Origin: Takakia lepidozioides
Taxonomy: Eukaryota > Plantae > Bryophyta
Assembly: GCA_030704615.1 (NCBI GenBank)
Contig: CM060732.1
Location: forward strand, 72,726,001-72,790,000
DNA: 64,000 nucleotides
Reading direction: 5' to 3'
Shown: positions 12,038 to 23,029 of the stretch, in pieces
Layout: each line of letters begins with the position of its first letter
How positions within the stretch are numbered: the first letter of the stretch is position 1
Made by a program: the position numbers and the translations under genes
The notes under the pieces: generated by a model
What the model was told of the DNA's origin: nothing
What the model saw: the letters and a program-made list of their open reading frames with translations, nothing else
Database searches by the model: none

Positions 12038-15000
12038 CTAGCCCGGGCTTTTCGTTGCTCTGTATTGAGAAGAAATGTAGTCCTCAAGCTCCTCGACAAC
12101 AGCTTTGTAGCAGAAGTGGTATTGTTCCTGTTTGTCATAGATCCCAAGAATCAAAGTAATATTTTAATAGACCACCAAATCGAATCTGCAGGTCTTAGGA
12201 TTTGTTTGTTTCATTCTCAGGGTTTAAAATGAGACATGGGTTTCCACTGATTGAAATGGGACTGCCTGCGCAACACGCACCCATGCTATTCAGCTAATCA
12301 GGTTTAATAGAATAAAACTGATCAGCTGAATAGGATTGGTGGTAGGTGGGGTTAACCAAATAAAACCAAAACCCAGGAGGTCTACAACAGGCAACCCAAC
12401 CTAACCTTAAGGTTACTTAAACTCTCAGCGCTGAGCCCGATGAGCTTATAGCAGTTTTGTTGCACCTAGCTCAAAATCCAGCCTGCTTAGTGGTTGGTCC
12501 AATTTTGTCGAGATGAACATACATGTAGTTTCTAGAGGTGAGGGTAGCTGGGATGTCAACAACCAGGGGAGGAACTAAAGACAAGACATTAATACATTCT
12601 GTCTTATAAGGTCTGACAAAGTCATACACTCCCAGCTTTGATATGTAGAAGTGATGAAAAATTACCCGAGTTTGAACCAGGCCCTCACGCTGCAATCTAA
12701 ATTGCCGCAGAGTGTTATCAATATCGACTGCCATCAAATCCCCAGCCAAAATTCGCCGCACAGTGTGATCAATCGTGCAATAGGTGCCTGTCCTACCTAT
12801 GCCAGCACTGCATGAAGCCCCAGCATCCCCTCTATGGAAGTCAAAGAAAAGCTTGACAAATTTTTTGTGTTTCTAGTAAAAAGTGAGACCACGAATCTCA
12901 GGGCAGGCATAGGGAAAAGGGAGACGCAAGAAGAGGGTTCTTGAGCTGTAATCTCAAGACAGGTTTAGTCTAACAGTAGTTATCTAGTCAGCAATCAATA
13001 AACTAAAACCTTCATTGGCATATAGGTGCTAATTGGTGCTATAAAACTTCTTAGAGAGAGATCAGCAGCAGCACCTGCAGTGAACTACAATGGGGCCTGC
13101 ATTTGGTGGAATACTGTGCAATGCTCTCACTAGCTCACGAATTGGCTGAGTGCATGGTGGGACATAAAAATCTGGCCAGTCCCGGTACTCATAATGCACC
13201 ACTGTGAGTGGTGGCTCTCCTGACTGCAAAAACCAATGTTAGCAGCAGAGATGAAGGTCTGCAGGATACACTGTATGCAGGATAACATGAGAATGTGTTT
13301 CACACATATCAACAATTATCTCATGGCAAAGACAGCTAGGTAGTTTCCAGATTTCCTTGCTTTCATGGTGCTCCTCAAATAAACCAGTTAGCCCAGACTC
13401 AGTAGGACCAAAAGCAGAACAGAACTGGGTAGAAGCATGACCTTGATGTTTTCAACGTCATATACGCGCTTAGCAATGGAATGGTTGTAACTAATACTTT
13501 TGTTGGTGACCCGAATCTGTCCATATGTCTTGGACTGCTGTGGTTTTTCAGGAAAGTAGGGGGCACACTTGTCCTGCCAATGACATCCACCACCATTTTG
13601 CCTGTTACAAGATGCTTGCCTGTCTTGTTTTCGTGAAGGATTGAAAATTTCACAATGTGTTTGAAAAGGAGCTTTTGAGTTTGATAGTGGAACTATATCA
13701 AAATAAATAAAAAGGTGAAATACCTGGTCTACATCAATAACTCGGGTCAGCATGACAATAGCCGGGCATTGCTGTTGTAGCACCATAGTCCAGAACTCAC
13801 CTATCGTGCTCCGAAGAGGCCCCTGTGTGGCTATGTACCTGGGCAGACCCTCATTCACATCGCCCTAAAATGCAGAGTTGGTACTTCTTCAAGAGGCAGA
13901 TAGTTATAAAGAAAAACAAATGTATGCAATCTTCCTAACACATTCAGACAATTTGATTCTACTGTAATTAGACAAAAACCTTCTTTGACATTCAGCTTGT
14001 TCAACCAATTCAGGAAGCTCCCAAATATCCCTTCAATGTTCATATAAAGTGAAATCAATACCTGTATGTAGTTTGCATTGATGTAGTCAGAGGCATTTGG
14101 GCCGAGGCCTGTTGTCTCCAGCACCACCCTGGTGTTGTCATCTAGGAGATTAGGTCAAAGGCTGACCTGTTGCTCTCTGGACAATCTAGAGAGGTGGAGC
14201 ACAAGACTAGACAATGCTCCGTGAGTATGGTTTTCATGACTAGTATTCTATGCCAGAGAACAGCATTGCACAAGCAGCTAGCATTAACCGGGTAAGACTC
14301 TACTGGCCAGTTCAAGTGGCCATGCCAAGCACATAACCATGCCAAACCATCCCAAATCAATCTATTAACACTAGGTTTTTGGATACAAGGTAGAACATTT
14401 AGATAACGATTTCTCCCTCTGTTGATCCCCTGCTGTGCCACAGTAGTCTTGCATGGTGCTTGAAAATTGCGCATTCTTTCCACCTGTTATCCAAATACCT
14501 GATCATTGCCTTTAGTTGTCGGCTTGTGGTATGTTTTAGGGCTCTTTAGATCAATCAGACAGAGCCAGTAGAAACCTCACTGCTCTCTGAGTCAGTCTAT
14601 CTCCATGATCTGTTGGTCCAACCCTCAGCACAACAGAAGTTTCACCCCAACAATTGAACTGAAATGCATAATAGGCTCACATAAAGCATAAGCAAACATT
14701 CACAAATCCACACAACATGCTGCAGTGTTTGAACCACAGCAACACAAAGGCAGCAGGGCTAGGCAAAAATCTCTAATCTCCCTTGAATCACTCTGATATA
14801 GCCTTCTTACAAACACTGTACTCCTTCTTGCTAAACCAAAATGTGTGCTTAGGAAATAAACGGACTGGTCAACCTTTTTTTCCTCTGGGAGGCAGGCAGG
14901 ACAAGTTGCCCTAAGGCCTGGCACTGCATCTGAATACTTAAATTACAAGCAATTGCGTCAATGCCAGTCAATGGCCGGTTTGAGTTTGTACCACAGTATT

Positions 15001-15438
15001 GTAAGATGCATGAGGTCTGTTGTTTGTGTCATGTTGCTAAGGAGTTGGCAAATGTCTACTTCTCAAATTGGAAAAAAACCATGGATTCCCCCAAGTACTA
15101 AATCTTAAAAAAGACAAGGTAAAGGTCCGATTAACAGGCTGTTTTGAGTCTCCTACCTCCAAGGCATCGAACTCCCGGTCAATACCACCTCCAGCGCCCC
15201 TCATCTTCTGTCTCAGAAGCTTGAGAGCTTCTTGACAAGAAGCGACTTGTGCAGCAGTCAAAGAAGGCACTCCATTGCCCTTGCCATTGCCATTCTCCTG
15301 ATGCTTGATGGCTGCTCGCCTCTCGAAAGTTGACCTAGGCACAGAGGATCTCGGTGACACCGTCGTAGTCGTGGGCGTGACTGGAGAATCCGTCATTGTA
15401 TAATAGGAATTGGAATCTCGCTTCACGGCCTGCTGCAT
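12038..15438 (-). CDS. PTP1: Classical tyrosine-specific protein phosphatase, PTP1-like, 8 exons
   Basis: Approximate exons: 15438-15157, 14483-14387, 14141-14062, 13864-13724, 13574-13442, 13223-13075, 12808-12666, 12127-12038. Motifs [38 protein letters not shown] and QTREQY are all intact. Confidence 0.92.
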
Positions 15439-16539
15439 TCTCAGTCCTTTTTGGTCCGGAGGCTCCTTGACTCTGACAGCGTGTTGCAAAGCATTCCCCG
15501 TGTTCCTGACTACTGCTCCAAACAGATCTGAAAGTTTTTGTATGTGAGAAAAGAGAGCCCTACTCTAACAACCTATTAACAAAAACTTGTGGCACTATAC
15601 AATTGCCAAAGAAGGTTGGCAGCAGGTTCACCTGGACTGGTAGTTAGCCGAGAGATTGGCCTCATTCCAACCTTAGCGTTGATGGACAATGGCACATTGC
15701 TCACAAAGTCGACAATAAGACGATCTCAAATTATCGACACAATGGATAAGTGTACTTATACCAATATTGCAGTTGAAGTAATGCAATGACTACATCCTTG
15801 GGTATCATGATTCTATAGGAACTTCCAGGGGAGATTGCTCCACACAAGAGATTGCTCCACACAAATTTATCACTCAATCGGGGGAAGTGAACCTCGGTGA
15901 CAGATTGACCCCCAAATTACAGCTGAATTAGAAGGTATTACGTAGCAAGTTCAAAATGCAGTCCGATTCTCAGAGGGAACCCCCATAACATCTTTACTTG
16001 CCTGAACAGATCTAGTCTAACGACCTAGAAACCCTATTTCAACTCTCCTGCGCTTTCAACTCATGCTTGGACACCATTGAACCATGAAGAAGAAACAGAA
16101 GGGGGACTGGTGCAAAGGGTTTCTTTGAGGAGCCAAACAACAAGGAAGCGTCCAAATCGAACCTGGTTATAAAGATACTAGCCCGAAATTCAACACTGTG
16201 AGCGACGATAGAATGCAAGCGTCACGAAGATCCAGCCCACCAAACAGCTCTCCTCCGAACTTGCAATTCTCTCTGCAACTCTCAGCAACCGAGGTATTGC
16301 GGCAGCACACACCGCAAATAATAAGAAGCTTTCCTGGCTTCCAATTAGCGCACCGTAATCCTGCGTTAGCTTCAACTAACCTCTGCTCAGCCCAAATTAG
16401 CCGGAACATTAGCGTACAGTGACCTTAAATTAGCCGTGGCTTCAAATCACTACCCGGAAGTTTTTTTCAAAAGAATTGAAGTAAGTTATAGCGCTTGATA
16501 TCTGCACCCATTTTGATCCAAGCTTTGCTGGACTCAAGT

Positions 16540-16935
16540 CCCAGGTCATAGGAGAGAATAGAAGAGAGAGTGGTTGCAGCTGAGTGATGGACAGCACCAA
16601 TCCTGGTCGCTGGTGGAGGAGGACCAACAAGCACTGACAGAATTTTTTCTATTAAGCTTCTCGGATGGTATCTTTGTGACCCCTCTTTCTACCGCTATGG
16701 GGCATTGAAGCCATGGTTTATCGAGATCCGGTCGGGCAAAGGTATTGCGTGTGTACGTGGGCAGACTGTCGACACTTGTTACCAGTTTCCCCAAGAGAGG
16801 CACTTCTCATGCCCACACGATGTGCAATTGAACGGCAAGAAAATTTTGAATGAGGTGCCCTACATCAAAGATTGCCTCAATGTGGATGCAGACAACGGGA
16901 TACAGCTTATGACCTCATCTCAAAGCAGGAGGTAA
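16540..16935 (+). pseudogene. C-terminal fragment of a GT37 xyloglucan fucosyltransferase-like gene
   Basis: DQQALTEFFLLSFSDGIFVTPLST, then a deletion/frameshift at about 16693, then YGALKPW...CVRGQTVDTCYQFP...VPYIKDC...GIQL. This matches the recalled FUT C-terminus (ALAEMYLLS..D.L.TS..STFGYVAQGLGGLKPW). Confidence 0.7.
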
Positions 16936-17957
16936 CCATCGCTGTCCGCATGCGTGTTGCACATCTAGAGAGAGGACATGGCTCGGAGAGACGATTTTCA
17001 TTGTAATGTTCAGTTCTCCGGAAAGGCAATCACATTCGTGATCACACAGGGTACGAGCCCATTCTTCATGTGCATCCGCACGATCTGGGTTAGAGTAGTG
17101 TTGGACTCTGACGGCGACCTGATTCTGGCAGTACAGATCACATCAGACCCTCTTTTTCCTTCATGCCGGGCTGGCGGTGCAGAGCCTATAAGGTATTCCA
17201 TCGTCGGAGGCACAAGTGAAGGGTGTCAAACAAAATACATACATACAGGAATTGCATCTCATTCTGGAGAATCATGGCCCTGGGAGATTGGACGCGTGCA
17301 AGATTTCTCGAGATCACCGATATGTGTGCATGACCAGCCGGGAACGGAAGAGATAATCTACTCAACAGAACGAAAGGAGGAAGAAATGAGGAGGCAAAAA
17401 GAGGGCAAAATTGCCATCTCAACCTAGGCACGTAATCTGCACGGGGGTTCTTCTTGACTCACCAACGTAAGTTTTCGACATTGTGAAGGATGCTCTCTTA
17501 TCTCTAATCACCAATACTCCCGCCTGAACTCTGACCAGCTTTTTCATGGAACTTACTTGGAAGAAAAGTTGTCGATAGTAGATCGTACAGCAGCTTCTAC
17601 AACGGATAATAACAGTGCAGTTTTGTTCTCTGTGAAGGCTGTTCAAATGCCTCCGGTGAAATTGATTGACTGTTATATTATAGTATACTATGATCTCGAT
17701 GGACAGCCTTGCATGACTTCAGTTCATTTCCACTTCTAAACTACCAGACTCAGGTTCAAACAGAGAGATGCCAGCGAAGTCACAGACTGCTGGGCCTAAG
17801 TGGGTGAGCCTGGGAACCGTCTCGATCTGTCTTCAGCTATTACACACGAGCTTCAAATTAGGTCAAATGAACAGCAGACGTTGTTAGCATGGAAACAGCA
17901 GCTAGTGGCCACAAATGCTTACATGAGCAGGGCGACTGCGCCCCCCCATTTCCATGA

Positions 17958-20288
17958 ATGTATTTCCTCCTCAGTCAACCATGCCTGGAAGAATGCTGTA
18001 CATTCCAAATTCCACTCTTGGAGGACTCAATGGTGGGTGTTACCGACAGTAAGAATCTGATTCGTTTTCTGGAGGAAATGGGAATTCTCTTCCTTCCATT
18101 CCGCTGTCAGGCTCGGGAGATCCTAGAAGGAGGTCGCATCAGCCACTGCTTAACCTGGTCTATTCTGACGATGCTCAGAGAGGTGAGGACTCTATGCAAG
18201 GCAGGACAGTTGAAAGAGGTGGTACACAGTTTGAACCGAGGAGATATTTCCGCAGACTCCAATACTTATGTGTCTCTCTTTAAGGAATGCATCAAGATGA
18301 GAGGCCTAGCACAGGGAAAGGAGGTGCATGCCCACATTATCCAAAGTGGATTCAAGCCAAACACCTTCTTGATGAACAGCCTTGTCAACATGTATGCCAA
18401 GTTGGGAAGCCCAATGGATGCACGCCTAGTGTTTGACAAAATGTCTGAACGAGATGTGTTTACCTGGACCATAATGGTGGCAGGATATGCAAAACATGGG
18501 TGTGGTAGGGAGGCCCTAGAATTATATAAGCAAATGATACAGGAAGGAGTGACGCCCAACGGTGTCACGTTCATTTGTGTCCTCAAGGCATGTGCCAGCC
18601 TGACTGTCCTGGAAAAGGGCATAGAGGTCCATGCTGATATCATCAAATCTGGAATTGCACCAGATATCATTCTTCAGAATACCCTCGTTGACATGTATGC
18701 CAAATGCGGGAGTATCATGGATGCAATTAAAGTGTTCAACAATATGGCTTGGCGAGATGTAGTCTCATGGAACGCAATGATTGCAGGATATGCTCAGCAT
18801 GGGTGTGGTGCAGAGGCCCTCAAGATGTATGAAGAAATGATACTTGAAGGGCTCTCGCCAAATAGGGTCACGTTCATCTCTGTTCTCAAGGCATGTTCCA
18901 GGCTGGCAGCCTGGCGAAAGGGCGAAGAGGTCCATGCTCACATCATCAAAGCTGGAATTGCAGCAGATGTCATTCTGGAGACGGCCCTGGTTGACATGTA
19001 TGCCAAATGTGGTGACATGAAGAATGCATGTCAAGTGTTCTGTAATATGGCTCAACGGAATGTGGTCTCATGGAATGCCATGATTACAGGGTATGCCCAG
19101 CAGGGGTGTGGTAGGGAGGCTTTCAGAATGTACAAGAAAATGATACAGGAAGGGTTTACACCGGACAGGGTCACATTCACTTGCATTCTGAACGCGTGTG
19201 CCAGCCTGGCTGCCCTGGAAAAAGGCAAGGAAGTCCATGTTGACCTCATGAAAGTGGGAATTGTGCCAGATATTGTTCTGGAGACTGCCCTTGTTGACAT
19301 GTATTGCAAATGTGGAGACATGGAGAATGCATGTCGGATATTTGACAATATGGCTCAAACAAGTGTGGTCTCATGGAGTGCAATGATTGCAGGATATGCT
19401 CAGCATGGGTGTTGTGGAGAGGCCCTACAACTATTTAAACAAATGCAACTGAAAGGGTTGAAGCCAAATTCTATTACCTTTACATGTGTTCTTGCTGCAT
19501 GTAGCCATGCGGGCCTAGTTGATGAGGGCTGTCACTACTTTGATTCCATGTCTCGAGATCATGGACTCGCTCCTACAGTGGAGCATTTTGTTTCCATGGT
19601 GGTCCTTCTTGGCCGTGCAGGGCGATTGGATGAGGCAGAGGACTTCATCAAGAAAATGCCAATTGAACCTGCTGCTGAGGTGTGGCGGGCCTTGCTTGGT
19701 GCCTGTAGAATCCATGGGAATGTGGAAGTGGCAGAACGTGCAGCAGAATGTGTCCTCAAGTGGGATCCCCATGACGCGGCAGCTTATGTACTGTTGTCCA
19801 ACATCTATGCCACAGCTGGCAGGTGGAAGGATGCTGCAAAGGTGAGGAAAATGATGAAGTACAGAATGGTCAGAAAGGAGCCAGGTCGCTGCTACATTGA
19901 GGTGGACAACCATATACATTCATTCTTTGTACACGACAAACTGCATCCACAGATTGGGGAAATCCATGCTGAGCTGCAGAGATTAACTGGGCAGATGAAG
20001 GAGGCCGGGTATGTGCCTGACACGTGCTTTGCATTGCACAATGTGGAGGAGGAACAAAAAGAATTTTCTCTTTGCCACCACAGTGAGAAGCTGGCCATCT
20101 CTTTCGGGCTCATCAGCACTTCCCCTGGGACGTCCCTGCGGGTCATCAAGAACCTGCGGGTGTGTGGTGACTGCCACACGGCCACCAAGTTCATCTCAAG
20201 GATTGTTGGGCGAGCAATTGTCGTACGGGATACCAACCGCTTTCACCACTTCCAAGATGGGGTTTGTTCTTGTGGGGAGTACTGGTGA
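17958..20288 (+). CDS. PLS-class PPR protein with E1-E2-DYW domain ending in EYW (C-to-U editing factor); true start uncertain
   Basis: 776-aa ORF with the same motif number as 7322-9583, PG box RKEPGRCYIEV, HSEKLA, CGDCH and CSCGEYW. Confidence 0.93.
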   Translation: MYFLLSQPCLEECCTFQIPLLEDSMVGVTDSKNLIRFLEEMGILFLPFRCQAREILEGGRISHCLTWSILTMLREVRTLCKAGQLKEVVHSLNRGDISADSNTYVSLFKECIKMRGLAQGKEVHAHIIQSGFKPNTFLMNSLVNMYAKLGSPMDARLVFDKMSERDVFTWTIMVAGYAKHGCGREALELYKQMIQEGVTPNGVTFICVLKACASLTVLEKGIEVHADIIKSGIAPDIILQNTLVDMYAKCGSIMDAIKVFNNMAWRDVVSWNAMIAGYAQHGCGAEALKMYEEMILEGLSPNRVTFISVLKACSRLAAWRKGEEVHAHIIKAGIAADVILETALVDMYAKCGDMKNACQVFCNMAQRNVVSWNAMITGYAQQGCGREAFRMYKKMIQEGFTPDRVTFTCILNACASLAALEKGKEVHVDLMKVGIVPDIVLETALVDMYCKCGDMENACRIFDNMAQTSVVSWSAMIAGYAQHGCCGEALQLFKQMQLKGLKPNSITFTCVLAACSHAGLVDEGCHYFDSMSRDHGLAPTVEHFVSMVVLLGRAGRLDEAEDFIKKMPIEPAAEVWRALLGACRIHGNVEVAERAAECVLKWDPHDAAAYVLLSNIYATAGRWKDAAKVRKMMKYRMVRKEPGRCYIEVDNHIHSFFVHDKLHPQIGEIHAELQRLTGQMKEAGYVPDTCFALHNVEEEQKEFSLCHHSEKLAISFGLISTSPGTSLRVIKNLRVCGDCHTATKFISRIVGRAIVVRDTNRFHHFQDGVCSCGEYW

Positions 20289-20689
20289 GATACTCTTCAT
20301 GAAGTGTAAGCAAAGTGTAGATGAAGAATGTCCTTGTATGCTTCTTGTATGCCTCATTGTGCAGCATTCCTTTGGTTAGTTGGCTCTCCTGATCCGGTTG
20401 CAAGAACTCCTGTCCCCTGATCCCAAGCAGCTTATCAGACACTCTGCAAAATTTATACAACATGTAAAATTCCAGAACCTAAAGAATGCCTCAAAAACAT
20501 AATGCTTGTGGTGGTGGGTGTCTTCCATTTTTCTTCTTTATTTTTTAAGTTTAAAAGGAAACCTGGGAGAGAATGCTCACAATTCAGGCCCTTGTTGTAT
20601 AGGGCCCCCTTCAAATAAGCCATTGGGCACACAAGAGGCGAAGGGCATGCCCGGACTGATTGGTCCAGAAACAAACCATACCTGCAAGA

Positions 20690-20754
20690 CAGAGTAGCAG
20701 GAATTGACCACCGGGATGACACTCAGTGCACTATCCAACTGAGCTACCAGCCGG
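20690..20754 (-). mobile_element. tRNA-derived SINE head or tRNA pseudogene
   Basis: Minus strand reads GGCTGGTAGCTCAGTTGGATAGTGCACTG...GGTCAATTCC, an A-box plus a degenerate B-box. No complete cloverleaf. Confidence 0.5.
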
Positions 20755-21058
20755 AGGTGGTGGCTGAAGATTTTGAAGGAAAAGCCTAGAAAATGGCTGG
20801 CAGCTATTTTTAGCTGTAGTTCACAGCTTTTATCGTGAGGTCTGGGTTCAAACTTCAAACCCAAGCAGCTACAGTCCCTAGGCCCACTTGCAACCAAAAG
20901 AATGTTTGATAGAAGTTCAACAACAAAAAGAAAGACAATACCTTTTTCTTCTCCTTTCATTTAAATTATCTAAATCTATGTTACTTTTTCTTTTTCTTAT
21001 CTTTTTATTTAAAGGGAAACAGAGGCCCTTATATAAGAAGTGTTACTTCACTTCGAGG

Positions 21059-21335
21059 CAGTGTTTTTTTTTTGGCGAAAAATCGCCAAATGGCGACCTC
21101 AAAACATTAAAATGGAATATTCTGTCGTAAATTCCCAATTTTTTCATGGATGAAATCGCCAAACTTCTACAAGGGAAAAAAAAACAATGAATGAATTCGC
21201 CAAATGTGGATGATATAAATGGATGAAAGTACAAAGGAGGATGATTCTATCCAAATTTTCCATGGATGAACAGAATATATAGCTATTTCTTGTAGCCACT
21301 CGGGCTATTTTTCAAATTTAAGAAAAAAATCACTG
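21059..21335. mobile_element. hAT-type MITE with perfect 8-bp TSD
   Basis: CAGTGTTTTTTTT...AAAAAAATCACTG termini, flanked by CTTCGAGG at 21051-21058 and 21336-21343. Confidence 0.92.
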
Positions 21336-21658
21336 CTTCGAGGAGAGTGATGATTCGCAATATAGGACACCAGTATAACAGAGGGGGGGATGTGGAAACT
21401 GGCCGATGGTTTCCGCCGGGAATGTAAGTCTTTCGTGGGAAGAGTAACAGTGATCAAACAAGCAAGAAATTTTATGTCTTCTTTCAATGAGTGCTTGAAG
21501 ACCCCAAATTGAGAGCCCAATCCTGTAGTTTGCAGCCACGGTGGTCAGAGGTTGGAAATTAGCCCAATAACCGGTTTAGTACAAGTATGTACTCGATTTG
21601 TGAATCTTTCTTTGAAATCTGGCTCTGCCTCTCAACAGATTTTCTTTGAGTTGTACAG

Positions 21659-22872
21659 ATTTTGCAGATGAGTTGAAGAAGGCACGCCAGTTTGGAAGTC
21701 TAACGACATTTGGATGCGGCCTGCCCAGAGGGGGTGAAGTATCAGCTGTAAAATCCCTTGAGAGACAGGAGGGGATTCTTCGATCCCTAGCCTGACATGA
21801 CCCTCTGGTATGCTTTTTCATTACATCTGAATTTGGTTGCTACAGGAAAGTCTGTTTCAACATTTAATGAGAGCACCAACCTTCAGAAGTGGTAAACAGT
21901 TAAAGAGGGCTGCATACTACTGGACGGCCAGGCTTGCAGGTGAGCACACGATGTCTTCAGAAAGTAAGCAAGGGGCATGGGGCTGGGCATGGTGTGGGTC
22001 CAGCGAGTTGGAGAGCTGCACAAGGCTGAGGTAGCAACGGAGTGGGGGTGCACTGTGCGTGATGTTGATGCCGTATTGGCAAAGTACGAGTGGGCAAAGG
22101 AGGCAAACAGGCATGTGATGAAGCTTAAGGAGGAAGGCAAGTCGCTTCCCAAGTCTCTTGACGAGGTTAGCCTCCCGTGTTTGCTGCCTAAGAGCTCTTG
22201 TATGTTTTTGTTATGCTCTGGCAGTTGCATTCTCTTCTCAAAATCTCTCCTCCCGCTGTTTCACCAATGGCTTTCCACTTTGCTTGTTTCCTACCATCTT
22301 TTAATACCTTGAATGATGAAATATATTTGTCCCTATACCTTGAATATAAGGTGGCCATAGCTGGGAGATGAAGGGTCTGGCCTGAGGTTGACACCATGGA
22401 TTTGTTGGTTGGTGAAGGTGGAAGAGTTGATGGGGGGTCGCTGGAATGCGGCAGCATCTGTGAATCTTGCAAAAAGTGGACAACTGAGTCAAAATGCTGC
22501 TTGTCCATGCGGCTCTGGAAAGAAGTACAAGAGGTGGGTTCTCGCTCCTTTCACAACTCCTCTCATCTCCCTGCCCCATTCCAATGGGAGTGTCGTAAGG
22601 CGGAGAGAAGCAATGTTTCTGGCTGCTTTATCTCACACTCATACTTAAACAAATGGATTTTGTGGCTAGATGAGTCAAATTTCAAACTTAAAGCAAAGCA
22701 AGTAGTACTATCAAACATCATGTAGCCTGGCAATAAGCTGGCCGTGAGGCATCTGTGGCTTGAACACTATCTTACAAGCAAAGTATGCTCCAAATATATT
22801 GCCTATCCTTTACTAGACCATGACTGGTAAAAATCTGGGGAGTTCTGTTGCAGGTGTTGTGGGAAGTCATAA
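21659..22872 (+). pseudogene. SEC-C motif protein gene (At3g04950-like), 3' exons only, with a premature stop
   Basis: Exons read FADELKKARQ..ERQEGILRSLA*HDP, K.EVA...GCTV.DV..VLAKYEWAKEA...LKEEGK.LPKSLDE, NLAKSGQLSQNAACPCGSGKKYKR and CCGKS*. In-frame TGA at 21793-21795. No 5' exons found. Confidence 0.75.
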
Positions 22873-23029
22873 GCTTGGACTTGAAACAGGGAAGTCATGC
22901 TGCACAAGCACGCACTTATGAAGAGTTTGTGCTCTGTTGTGAGGTCAGGTGGCCTCATGCCGTTTTATCGTTTTGGTCACCTACTTTCACTCCAAAGGGA
23001 CTTTGACAGATGCAACTGGGTCTTTACAT

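Noticed and set aside
7416-20236. Antisense ORFs overlapping the PPR genes
   Set aside because: These are shadow frames of repetitive coding sequence with no independent signal.
7322-20288. U-to-C (DYW:KP-type) editing factors
   Set aside because: Both genes have a canonical PG box, HSEKLA and D/EYW ends, which is the C-to-U type.
20690-20754. Functional tRNA gene
   Set aside because: No acceptor stem or anticodon arm can be formed.
21793-21795. Stop codon rescued by editing, readthrough or selenocysteine
   Set aside because: This is a nuclear gene, CGA>TGA deamination is the simplest explanation, and the 5' exons are also missing.
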